From a virus (taxonomy: Duplodnaviria > Heunggongvirae > Uroviricota > Caudoviricetes): a stretch of DNA of 64,000 bases. A model generated the notes under the pieces. That model did not search any database, was not told where the DNA came from, and was given only the letters and a program-made list of their open reading frames with translations. The DNA lies in the IMG/VR virus record IMGVR_UViG_3300031992_004563, positions 201,798 to 265,797 of that record; one strand, written 5' to 3'. Positions within the stretch are counted from its first letter, which is position 1; each line of letters begins with the position of its first letter. Below, piece by piece: positions 44,201-54,448 of the stretch. Position numbers and translations under genes: made by a program.

Positions 44201-46253
44201 TATTAAGATCTATTTCTCCACTATATGAATCTCTTTCTTCAACAAATTCATTTGACATAATATGTTGGAAATAAACATCTTTAACACTTGATATAATTGA
44301 TATAGATTCTTCCCCATCTGAACCAACTTTAAGAACATTATCAAATTTTTTAATTGCACTTCCAATTCTTAATATTTGATCTTTTAATGAAGCTGATTCA
44401 TTTTCGTTATCTAAATCCTATGTATAAAATGCAACTCTATAAATTTCAGTTTGCTCTTCTTTTTCAATTGGGCTTAATCGTGTTGGAATATTAGTCTATA
44501 CATATGGGCTAATATAATTATCCATATCTTTTAATCTATGGTCATTTGATGCAATAATTTCAAATACTACGCATTTAGATTTATCATTATCATATTCATA
44601 TTTTGGAATAATGAATTTAAAATGCTCACCATATTTTATCTATTGTGTGAAATCCATAGATAAAAATGCTTTTTCATCTTCTGCTAATTTAAATTTATCA
44701 CCATCTAATTGCACAATATTTTCATTTGGTTTATTAACAGCTTCATTTTTAGTGAAAATATTTAAATCATCTAATGACTATAAATTTGCTACTGCATTTT
44801 TTGTTGATGCAAAGAAAATTCTATCAGTAAATTCTGTGTCTTCAATTACATCTATTGGAGTTGTGTTAATATCAATTAAATTACTTGATGTATCAAAATA
44901 TTTTAAATTATAATTATTTGCGTTATTTTCATCTTTAATGACCTAATTAAATGTAATAAAATCATTTTCAGTTAAATATAAACCAAAGTAGTTATGCATT
45001 GAGAAATCATCCACTTCTTTATCATTAAACATATATTCAAGATTAATGATATTTGGAAATAATAAATTATTTCTTGAAAAACCATTAACCAAGAACATAT
45101 CAAAATTTTCTTGTGGAGCACTTCCTTCAAGAGTTTGTGTGGCAAAATATGTTGTTTCATTTCTATCAGTCAAAATTCCTTTATCATATGCCAAGCCTTT
45201 CCATGTATTTTGACCTTGACGATGATCAACTGAATTTTTATCATTATCCTATTCAATAAATTGTAATGCGCAAGTACCAGCCAAATATTTGATAATCATT
45301 TCTTGATATGTATTCAAATATTTGCCAATTGTCGTTGAACGTCTTAAATCAAATATTTTAATGCATTTAGCATCATTTAATAATTGTTTAAATACATCTG
45401 AATTTGTAATAGTATTATCATCTGTTTCTAATCTTTCTGAACGCCAAATTGCAAAATAATCTGGAAGATGTTTACCAATATATAAAGGTGCAAGAATTTT
45501 CATATTTTCAGAATATAACTTATCTGAATTATATTCTGCACCATATTCATAAATATTTCTAATTTGATCATCCATCTTATGATAGCTAATATGTGGATTA
45601 TAACTATCAGGATAAATGCCATACATCTCAGTCGCAGGTAGAAATTTAAATATTCTATAAACATCATATGGATAATTGCCATCGGCAGAAATAGCCTAAT
45701 GACGGTATTCTTGTTTGTTTAAAACTGAGTTACTTGAAATTTTAAATGTATCTAAATATAAATTATAATCTTCATCGACAACAAGCTTTACATTACCTGT
45801 AAGTTTTGGATTTGTTCGAAGTAGCATAAATGATTCCATATTAGATGCAATCATCTATGATGATTTATCATATACTTTATACTAATTGATTGTGTTTTTT
45901 GTAATATATAAAGGTATTATATATGTCTCAACATCATCTATAAAAATATGTAAATTAAACATATTATAATCTTTATTGCCAAATCCATAATTAGAATCAA
46001 CAGATATTGTTAATATGTATGAATCTAAATTGCTATATTTAGCAATTATAAATTCTGAATCTTTTAATAATTTACCATTTATTCTAATATAAGTTAAACG
46101 GCTATCATAATAACTACCAGTACTAGTAGGGTCAATAATTTTTATTTTAAGATTTAATAAATTTGTAGGAATATCAATAATATCTTCTAATTTAACAATT
46201 AATTCTTTATTGTCATTTGATACTTTTAATATGCCATTGATATTTTCAACCAT
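41280..46253 (-). CDS. Very large virion structural protein (1657 aa, code 15)
   Basis: Eight track fragments in one frame; I found only TAG interruptions between ATG 46253 and TAA 41280; LLRTNPKLTGNVKLVVD motif. Confidence 0.7.
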
Positions 46254-46278
46254 ATATTACTATAAAAACATATTTTAT

Positions 46279-46304
46279 TATTTATTATAATAATAGGTAT
46301 AGTG
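46279..46304 (-). promoter_or_regulatory. Extended late-promoter motif CACTATACCTATT-N7-TAAATA, copy 2
   Basis: Reverse-complement match to 21253-21278. Confidence 0.55.
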
Positions 46305-46365
46305 CCAGTTTTTATGATGGCCATCTTTTTTACAAAATAAATAATAAAAAATTATTATCCTTTAT

Positions 46366-47148
46366 ATGGCAGGAAATAGTTCAACATTTTAGTTAAGATA
46401 GCAAATGAATGAATCTAATCTTAAACAATGGCAAAATTGGTCAGTTGACATTAATTATGTTGTTAGTCAATTTAATGATGTAGTTCAAAATTTAACAGAT
46501 AAATTGGAATTAGCCGAAACAACGGCCAATGCGTTATAGATAAAATTAAACAAACTTATAGAAAAATCAGGTGTAACAGATATAAGATATGTTAAACTTT
46601 AGAGCGATACTATTAGCATAAATTCTATGAAGAATGTTGCATATACAAAGCCATGTGGTATATTCTCAATGAATGATGGAAATCCACATATGATTAGTAT
46701 ATTCTCTACAAGAACGATAGATGGATTATATGTTAATGATAGTAAAGTTTATACAGCAACACTTGGTGAATATTATAAACCATTCTTAAAAGTTGCAGGT
46801 TCTGATGCTGGAACAATTGTTACAATTAAAACAGATAATATGACAAAACTTGGTGATGATATTGAATTATATTTTAGTATTGATCCATCATTATATAATG
46901 GTTCTGTCGGAGAAGGATATAAAAATGTTACAAATGATGAAATTGCAAGATTAATTATTAAACCAATATATTCATAGGTTGTAACAAAACAAATTATATC
47001 TGTTAATAATTCTGCATTATCAAAAGCATTAGTTAATACAACAGCAATGTCAACTGATGCAATTCCTATAAGTAAATATGGCGCATCAGTTGGTGTTTAT
47101 TCAACAACAAAAACTATTGCACAACTTGCAAAAAATAAACGTATTTAA
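46366..47148 (+). CDS. Late hypothetical/structural protein (260 aa, code 15)
   Basis: ATG 46366, five TAG, TAA 47146-47148; N-terminal coiled coil. Confidence 0.65.
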
Positions 47149-47154
47149 TAATTT

Positions 47155-47922
47155 ATGAAAGAGGAAACTAAAGAAAAACTAAGTAAAATTAGTGTTAAAG
47201 ATTGGGTTATCATAGCATTAATTATTATAATAATTTTATTAACATTTGGATTGGCATTGTATTGTCATAAATATTATGATGCAGAAAGATAGGTTGTTAT
47301 TTGGAATGATTCAACATATATTTATAAAAATATGTATGGCGAAGAATATGCTGCCAAAAATACTTATATTTTAGAAGCAGAATAGTTAAAGAAATATAAT
47401 GAAGAATTATATGCTGAATATAAATCATTAAAAGACCATCCAATAGTTATTACTAAAACTAAAGTAGTAACTAAAATTGATAGTGTTGAAACGGTTCCAT
47501 ATGATATTCAATTTGAAGATTCATTAGTTAAATGGAGCTGGGCAGCATAGGATAAAGATTATTACAAAATTAATGGGCATTCAAGTGTTGATTTAACTGA
47601 TACTAATTCACCATCAACTATGATAGATAGCATGGAAATGGATGCTAAGCTTACATTAAATGTAATTGATAATGGAGAACAATTGGCAGTTGTGGCAAAA
47701 ACAGACAATCCATATATGAAATTAGATTCAATGCAAAGTGTAGTTATTGATCCAGCCGAAAGTCCAACAATGAAAAGATATTTTAAACCAAAACGCTGGG
47801 GATTAAGTGTTTATCTTGGATTAGGTGTTAACTGTGGGTATGATCCAATTAATAAAGGTGTTGGATTAAATATTGGCCCATCTGCCGGTATTGCTGTAAC
47901 ATATGATTTGATATAGTGGTAA
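47155..47922 (+). CDS. Membrane-anchored protein, putative spanin-like lysis accessory (255 aa, code 15)
   Basis: N-terminal TM helix, helical region, C-terminal KRWGLSVYLGLG...GIAVTYDLIQW beta-hairpin; four TAG. Confidence 0.45.
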
Positions 47923-47956
47923 TAAAATAAATATTAAAATTAAAAAATTTGAAAAT

Positions 47957-48799
47957 ATGAAAGATACTAAAAAACTTTATGAACATATAATGGCTTCTGT
48001 TGCTAAAGAAGTCAAAAAAGCATTGAATGAAAATAAAGAGGATTATTCAATAGCTAGAAATATATATGATATGGTTACAAAGGCTGATAGTGGTAATTCA
48101 ATGTTTTTAGATGTTGCATTACGTCAAGAATCAGGTTGGTCAACATATACTTTATTTTCAAAAAATGTAATTGGACAAAGTAGAGATAGTGCTGAAATAC
48201 TAAATTTTTCAAATGAATGCTTTGATGGTGATATTATAACTGATTCAAATGCTGCTATTATTAGAAAACTTACAGAAATGGAAGAAGATAAAAGTTGTAA
48301 AGGATATATTGTATTTGAAGAAGAACCGTATCTAAGAGGAAAAAAGACACCTGTATATAAATTTGTTATTAAGCTAACAGAAACTGGTGCAAACTTAGCT
48401 AATGATATAACTAATAAACGTGATGCAAGGCGAAATAGCAAATATGATAATATAGACTAGTTAGAAAAGAAATTAACAGATCTTAATGTTTCTGGCAGAA
48501 TGTCTAAATTCTTGTCTAAGAAATATGGTATTTCAAATTATGCAATTGAAGATATTAAATTTATGTGTAAAGATTTTGCGCATATGTTATTAAGTTATGT
48601 TGAGCGTGATAATATGGATTATGGAGATTTTGAAGATGATGATTGGGATGTAACCAAATATCCAAAGCATAAAGGATATGGACCTATGGGATTTGGCAGA
48701 CATAGTCTTGTAGATAATAAAAAGGCAAGAGACATTAGCAAAAGAATAGAAACAACAGTATTTGAAATTTTAGAAGACATAAAAAAGAATGATAAATGA
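47957..48799 (+). CDS. Leader family A protein (280 aa, code 15)
   Basis: MKDTKKLYEHIMASVAKEVKKALNE; TAG 48458 joins two track ORFs in frame. Confidence 0.7.
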
Positions 48800-48800
48800 T

Positions 48801-49205
48801 ATGAAAAATACTAAAAAACTTTATGAACACATAATGACTTCCGTAGCAAAAGAAGTCAAAAAAGCAATTAATGAGGGCGAAGATTATAATGAAGAAATAG
48901 ATATTCAAGGTGATACCGAACGTTGGTGTGATGTAATTGATGAATATTTATGGGATCAAATTGGTGGATCAGCAGATGCAAATACAGTATTAGCGTTATT
49001 TTCAACATTAGTTTATCTTGATCAATTAGATGATGAAGAAGTTAAAGATATTGCAGAAGCAATAATGGAACAAATTGACAATGATGAAGAATTTGATAAT
49101 CCACCAGTAGATGAAGTATTCTTTGAAGCTGTAGCTGAAAAAATCAAAGACAGTGCGGAAGATTGGTGTGCAGATGTAGTAAGAGATTGGAAATTAAATC
49201 AATAA
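48801..49205 (+). CDS. Leader family A acidic protein
   Basis: MKNTKKLYEHIMTSVAKEVKKAINE. Confidence 0.72.
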   Translation: MKNTKKLYEHIMTSVAKEVKKAINEGEDYNEEIDIQGDTERWCDVIDEYLWDQIGGSADANTVLALFSTLVYLDQLDDEEVKDIAEAIMEQIDNDEEFDNPPVDEVFFEAVAEKIKDSAEDWCADVVRDWKLNQ

Positions 49206-49210
49206 TAGAT

Positions 49211-49999
49211 ATGAATAAGAAACAATTATATGAGAACATTATGAAAAATGTTCAAAACGAACTTAATAAAGTTCTTAATGAAGAAAAAGAATTGTCTCCA
49301 TCTGAAAAAATGGATGCTTGGCATAATGGTGAACGTGATGAAAACATCAAAGCATGTGGAGCAGATAAACTTAAAAAATATAAAGCTATTTGTCAAGCTA
49401 AAGGATATGATGCAGAAGTTGCTGCACTTCAAGCAGAAATTGATAAACGTGGTTTAAAGGAATCTGCAATTTTTGAAAATGAAGAACCAGATATTAGAGA
49501 AAAATATGGTGATGAATTTGCAGATTTAATAGGAGATATAGATGATGGCGCTAGAGAAATTAATACAGAAAAAGATTCTGAAATTTTATTTAGCGCATTG
49601 GTTCCAGGATCTGGTAATGCTGATAATTTAGGTGGTGAATTATTAAGAGCTGCTGAACGTATTGCATATCGTTATTATAATGATGGCGATAAAGCAGGCG
49701 AAGGTTATGGCAGAGAAACAGTTAATCCTGCAGTTAGATTTATGTATGCAAATGTTACTCCTACTACAATGGATAATCCATTATGGAGAACAGTTAAAAA
49801 ATTCTTCAAATTTATTGAATATGGAAATTCAATAATGGATACTGAATATGAACAATTAACCATGATTCTTTTACGTCAAACAGTTCTTTATATTATTCAA
49901 AATAGATTATGGAATGTTCCTAATAAAGAAGATATGTGGGATTATAAAAATGCTGAAGAAGATGTTGATAGAGATGAATGGGATGAAGAAGATTGGTAA
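49211..49999 (+). CDS. Divergent leader family A protein, multi-domain
   Basis: MNKKQLYENIMKNVQNELNKVLNE; internal GLKES/AIFEN; LVPGSG...GELLRA...YRYYNDGD domain. Confidence 0.72.
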   Translation: MNKKQLYENIMKNVQNELNKVLNEEKELSPSEKMDAWHNGERDENIKACGADKLKKYKAICQAKGYDAEVAALQAEIDKRGLKESAIFENEEPDIREKYGDEFADLIGDIDDGAREINTEKDSEILFSALVPGSGNADNLGGELLRAAERIAYRYYNDGDKAGEGYGRETVNPAVRFMYANVTPTTMDNPLWRTVKKFFKFIEYGNSIMDTEYEQLTMILLRQTVLYIIQNRLWNVPNKEDMWDYKNAEEDVDRDEWDEEDW

Positions 50000-50019
50000 T
50001 TTTATTTTAAACAAAAATT

Positions 50020-50050
50020 AAAGGAGAAACTTAAATGTTTCTCCTTTTTC
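50020..50050. terminator. Bidirectional terminator
   Basis: aaaggagaaac-ttaaat-gtttctcctttt between convergent genes. Confidence 0.8.
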
Positions 50051-50052
50051 TT

Positions 50053-50370
50053 TTATGCTTCAAGAACTTCAATATCTAAATTATATTTCTCAAACCACTC
50101 TAAAGCTTGAATAAATGCATCAAATATATTTTGATTACCAAGCATAAATGACCACATATTTACAACTTTGCCTTCGCGTTCAGTTTCTAAAGATGAATAT
50201 ACAATATCAAATTTGGTCACTTTAAAATATCCTGTCATATCGCGATATCTAATTTTGGTCGGTAACATATTAAATACATCACCCAATGTGTATTCATCAT
50301 TATCTACTTTTAGAATTCTATTAATTTTTTCTACTTGCTCTGGAAGAGCTGTTTCAATCATTCTTTTCAT
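50053..50370 (-). CDS. Hypothetical protein
   Basis: 105 aa ORF. Confidence 0.65.
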   Translation of the reverse strand: MKRMIETALPEQVEKINRILKVDNDEYTLGDVFNMLPTKIRYRDMTGYFKVTKFDIVYSSLETEREGKVVNMWSFMLGNQNIFDAFIQALEWFEKYNLDIEVLEA

Positions 50371-50376
50371 AATTTA

Positions 50377-51549
50377 TTAATTTGCAAAGTTATTAAAATA
50401 GTTTTTAACTAAGATAACAGGCGTTCCTTTATCTCCAGAACCAGATGTTAAATCCATAAGACTACCAAGTAAATCAACATATCTACGAGGTGTTGTACCT
50501 TGTGATGCCATATTGCCTACAAGATTTGCATCTTTATTTTTAATTTCAGCTTTAATAGCATCTGTTAATTCTTCGCCATTTAAATCTTTAAATTTATCAT
50601 CAGCGAATGTCTTAATCTTAATTTCATTTGGTGTTCCTTCCAAACCTTTAGTATATGCTGGAGAAACAACTGGGTCAGCCCATTCCCAAATGCCACCTAC
50701 TGGGTCTTTAAAGCATCCATCACCATAAACCATTACTTCTACATGTTTTCCAATTCTATCAAAAATCTCTTTTTGAATATCTTCAACAAGTTTTTGTGCT
50801 TCAATTGGTAATGGGAATAATTTAATCTTTTCTTCAGTTGCTTTATTAGAACCAAGCAAACCATATTCATTATTCCAACCACTGAAAAGAATTGGTGACT
50901 TCATAAAATCTTTAAGTGTTAATTGATCACCTTTTTCTGGGTGGCAACGGCAATCAATAAATGTTTCTCCAAATTCTACACCCATCCATTTTGTTCCAAG
51001 TAAATAATATTGTGGTCTTTGGTATTGATAATTCATTTGATTCTTATGCATTTCAAATTTACAATTCTCACTTTCACAAAGTTCACGATAATATTCTTTA
51101 ATATCTACGCCTGTAAATTGGTTAATGCCCTCATTAGGATTTCCTTGTTCATCGTATTTACCATCATACACAATTGTAATAGAATCAGCATAACGTGCAA
51201 ATGCTTTAAGAATCATTGAGAAACGATTACGTGACATAATAGGAGAATAAAGAACCAAATTTTTTGAAATTTGTCTATCACCAAATTCTTTATAATGTGA
51301 CATATAATACACAATTTCATCAATTGTTACATAATTGCCTTGAGCACGTGCAACAATAGATTCTGTAATTCCAATTACATCTTTATCATGAATATCAAAT
51401 ACTTTATTTTCAAATGGCTCTGGAATGCCATCTACATATGTAGTCATAGCCTCAAGAACAGTGTCAGAAACGATTTTAACAAGGTCATCACCTTGACGAA
51501 TAATAGGTAACTTAATACCAATACTTTGTACACCTTTAAAATTATTCAT
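50377..51549 (-). CDS. Coenzyme F420-0:L-glutamate ligase (CofE)-family protein
   Basis: GIKLPIIRQGDDL, VIGITESIVARAQG, YGDGCFKDP, LGSLMDLTSGSGDKGTPVILV. Confidence 0.8.
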   Translation of the reverse strand: MNNFKGVQSIGIKLPIIRQGDDLVKIVSDTVLEAMTTYVDGIPEPFENKVFDIHDKDVIGITESIVARAQGNYVTIDEIVYYMSHYKEFGDRQISKNLVLYSPIMSRNRFSMILKAFARYADSITIVYDGKYDEQGNPNEGINQFTGVDIKEYYRELCESENCKFEMHKNQMNYQYQRPQYYLLGTKWMGVEFGETFIDCRCHPEKGDQLTLKDFMKSPILFSGWNNEYGLLGSNKATEEKIKLFPLPIEAQKLVEDIQKEIFDRIGKHVEVMVYGDGCFKDPVGGIWEWADPVVSPAYTKGLEGTPNEIKIKTFADDKFKDLNGEELTDAIKAEIKNKDANLVGNMASQGTTPRRYVDLLGSLMDLTSGSGDKGTPVILVKNYFNNFAN

Positions 51550-51562
51550 ATATAATTTTTTA

Positions 51563-51754
51563 TTATTTTTTTACAATTTGTACATGATCATTTAATGGGT
51601 TAACATATACTTCTGGAATATAATCATAGTATTCATCATCCCCATATCCATAATTTGCTTCACGAATAATAATGGGAAGATGTTGAGGAACATTTTTTAG
51701 CTCATTAATAAATTCTGCTACAGTTTTAACTTTATTTTCTGCTTTACTCTTCAT
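51563..51754 (-). CDS. Hypothetical protein
   Basis: 63 aa ORF in operon. Confidence 0.55.
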   Translation of the reverse strand: MKSKAENKVKTVAEFINELKNVPQHLPIIIREANYGYGDDEYYDYIPEVYVNPLNDHVQIVKK

Positions 51755-52670
51755 TTATTTTATTAATCATTTTTGGTTTCTTTGTAAATACTGCAGGTAA
51801 TGTACCAAACTTATTTACAATATTCATGATAGCTGATAATTCATCATATGAAAGCATAAAATCACGATTAGTTTCATCATGATCACTTGCATAATGAATT
51901 GAAATATCAATGCCTTCTCCATTTGTCCATTCAGTTACTTCAAGCCAATCACCTTCATGACCAAATATAGAAAATTTACCAAGATCTACATTAGCGGCTT
52001 TTCTCATATTAACATCAGAAATAAGATTTCTTTGTTCAATACAATATTCACATGTTCCTGGTTCTTCTTTACTTTCTTCAATTTCATCAAAAGATGTTCC
52101 ACATAATTTACATTTTTTAACTTCTTTTGGCCCAATGCCTTCTGCCATTTTTGCCAATTCCATAAATTCATAATAAAATGATTCATCATTAGGAACAGCT
52201 TTCGTTAATTGATAATCAAAATATATTTCTGTTTTACCATTTGGGAACCCAACTTCATATCGATATTTTTTATTATCTAATATTTTAGTAATTATTCCAA
52301 GATTTGGCACTTCTTTACTCATAATAACTTTTACAATATCGCCAATACAAAATAAAGGTGTATCAATACTTGGAAATTTAATAGCATTATTATTAAGTTT
52401 TTCTTCCTCTTTATTAAAATTTGGAATATATCCATAAGGCCCACACACAGTATCTTCTTTTTTGTAATGTTCTGCTAATGCATGAAGATCTGCAAATAAT
52501 AATTCATAACTCCAAAAACAATGTGTTTCATATTTATTATTATCAAATATTACACAATATCTCTTACGCGAGTCATGAGTAAATGAATGAGTTATTATGC
52601 CAGGTTTTCCGGCATAATAACCTTTTTTTGGTGTTACTTTATCACCTATTTTAAATTTTTGTTTAGCCAT
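51744..52670 (-). CDS. Multi-domain hypothetical protein (two KOW/SH3-like units, Zn ribbon)
   Basis: FKIGDKV...G.I and FCIGDIV...G.I repeats; CKLC...CEYC. Confidence 0.6.
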   Translation of the reverse strand: MAKQKFKIGDKVTPKKGYYAGKPGIITHSFTHDSRKRYCVIFDNNKYETHCFWSYELLFADLHALAEHYKKEDTVCGPYGYIPNFNKEEEKLNNNAIKFPSIDTPLFCIGDIVKVIMSKEVPNLGIITKILDNKKYRYEVGFPNGKTEIYFDYQLTKAVPNDESFYYEFMELAKMAEGIGPKEVKKCKLCGTSFDEIEESKEEPGTCEYCIEQRNLISDVNMRKAANVDLGKFSIFGHEGDWLEVTEWTNGEGIDISIHYASDHDETNRDFMLSYDELSAIMNIVNKFGTLPAVFTKKPKMINKINEE

Positions 52671-52672
52671 AA

Positions 52673-53083
52673 TTACTTACTAAGTCTTTCAATTTCTTCT
52701 TCACAAAAATGAATATTATCAAGTTGACTTTTACGTTCATCACATGCTTCTTTAAGAAATGTTTCCCAATGTTTAGAAACTTCTGAACGATTTAAAAATC
52801 TATGATAAACCTGATATTCATTGCCTTCAATAATTGCACGAAGTTGTTCAATAACTGCATCCGTATTTCTTAAATCACGTTTGCGTTGAACAATTTCACA
52901 ACGATAAGCTGCAATTTCTTTACCACGTTCTACATCAAATGTATCATGAGGACCGCATTTTGAATAGCCATAAATTTTTTCGCCTTTAGATACAATCATG
53001 CATGTTACTGACTTTTTCTTTTCGTTTACAGTATATACTGCACCATTAATTTCCTTTCTTGTTGTTTTTTCTTTACGTTCCAT
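52673..53083 (-). CDS. Hypothetical phage protein
   Basis: GYSKCGPHDTFDVERGKEIA motif. Confidence 0.7.
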   Translation of the reverse strand: MERKEKTTRKEINGAVYTVNEKKKSVTCMIVSKGEKIYGYSKCGPHDTFDVERGKEIAAYRCEIVQRKRDLRNTDAVIEQLRAIIEGNEYQVYHRFLNRSEVSKHWETFLKEACDERKSQLDNIHFCEEEIERLSK

Positions 53084-53096
53084 AAATTAATTGTTG

Positions 53097-53345
53097 TTAA
53101 TTTTTGTTTAATTGTTTGTTTAATTTAATTATTTCCTCAATTAATGTTTCTCTTGGAAATAACTGTGTACTTATATTGTTTAGCCAATATCCTTGGTCAG
53201 ATTCTAAATATACTACTTGACGATATGCATTATAATCACCAATTTGCCATTCATGTGTATCTAATGCATTAATAATTCTCTCTTTATCTTTATTATCAAT
53301 ATTATTTTGTTGTTCAATATGTTCTCTTAAAAAACCAAGTTTCAT
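53097..53345 (-). CDS. Hypothetical protein
   Basis: 82 aa ORF. Confidence 0.6.
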   Translation of the reverse strand: MKLGFLREHIEQQNNIDNKDKERIINALDTHEWQIGDYNAYRQVVYLESDQGYWLNNISTQLFPRETLIEEIIKLNKQLNKN

Positions 53346-53347
53346 AA

Positions 53348-53695
53348 TTATAAATTTTCAAATTCTTTTTCTAGTTGTGTTTTTTGATCTTTGTGAAATT
53401 TTAATGCAACTTGTAATGCTTCTATTGGAAGCTCCAAATTTGATATTTGAACATTAGCTTTATTATCCATAACAGAAATATGAGTTGTATGTCCAACAAT
53501 TTCAGAACACCCCTCATATTTTTCGCTTTTTTTAATTACATCATTATTTATGGTAATGTTGTTTTTCTCCCAATAATCAATTATTTTTTCTAAAACATTA
53601 ATATTTGCATTGCAATGATTAATGCCAGCTTTAATACTTTGTGCTTTTTCAAATTTGTCTTCTTTCATATTATTTAAAATTTTAATTTTCTTCAA
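53348..53695 (-). CDS. Hypothetical protein (start uncertain)
   Basis: ORF in operon. Confidence 0.6.
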   Translation of the reverse strand: MKKIKILNNMKEDKFEKAQSIKAGINHCNANINVLEKIIDYWEKNNITINNDVIKKSEKYEGCSEIVGHTTHISVMDNKANVQISNLELPIEALQVALKFHKDQKTQLEKEFENL

Positions 53696-53924
53696 TAAAT
53701 AGCTCTACCAAATCATGAGAGTTTGGCCCAAATATAATCATTCTAAGATTTTCCTGATGAAAATATGGAATATACCCGCCAACATATGTAAGATTCATTC
53801 CTTTATATTTTATATTATGATATTCATGCTTATCAGTAACAAGCACATATGCACTATCATCTAATAAAAGTTTTAACATTTCTTTATTAATGATAGCAAA
53901 ATATTTACAATCTTCTACTCTCAT
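53682..53924 (-). CDS. Hypothetical protein
   Basis: 80 aa ORF, ATGA-coupled to smpB. Confidence 0.6.
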   Translation of the reverse strand: MRVEDCKYFAIINKEMLKLLLDDSAYVLVTDKHEYHNIKYKGMNLTYVGGYIPYFHQENLRMIIFGPNSHDLVELFIEEN

Positions 53925-54364
53925 AATTTCATTTCCCTTTCTAAATCTCTTTTCTTTATTGTTTCTCGCTTATCATAATTATGCTTACCCTTGCATAATG
54001 CAATTTTAAACTTTATATAACCTGGGTCATTAACAATAATAGCAATAGGAATAATAGTATATCCATTTTGTTCAGAATCTTTTTTAAGTTTCTTTAATTC
54101 TTTTTTAGTTAACAAAAGTTTTCTATCTATATTCTCCTCACGTGTATATACAATATTATTATATTTGTATATGTAACAATTTTTAAGAATAAGTTCACCA
54201 CTTTTATTAAAAATACAATATGATTCAGATAGATCAACCCATGTGGCTCTGATAGATTTAACTTCAGAACCAATTAGTGAAATGCCAGCTGTATATTCAT
54301 TTATAAAATAATAATTATGCTTAGCCTTTCTATTCTCAATATATCTAAATTTTGTATCTTTCAT
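53921..54364 (-). CDS. smpB: SsrA-binding protein SmpB
   Basis: NRKAKHNY, AGISLIGSEVKSIR, RKLLLTKKEL, IALCKGKHNYDKRETIKKRD. Confidence 0.95.
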   Translation of the reverse strand: MKDTKFRYIENRKAKHNYYFINEYTAGISLIGSEVKSIRATWVDLSESYCIFNKSGELILKNCYIYKYNNIVYTREENIDRKLLLTKKELKKLKKDSEQNGYTIIPIAIIVNDPGYIKFKIALCKGKHNYDKRETIKKRDLEREMKL

Positions 54365-54448
54365 TCTAATTATTATAGACAGATAAATACAAAAGTTTTG
54401 AGATTTATATGAAAATAAATATAAAAATAAAATTATAAATACATTTTT

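Noticed and set aside
16185-47922. Fragmented ORFs as pseudogenes, frameshifts or assembly errors
   Set aside because: Fragments stay in one frame and are broken only by TAG, never TAA/TGA; TAG aligns with CAA/CAG in repeats and paralogs
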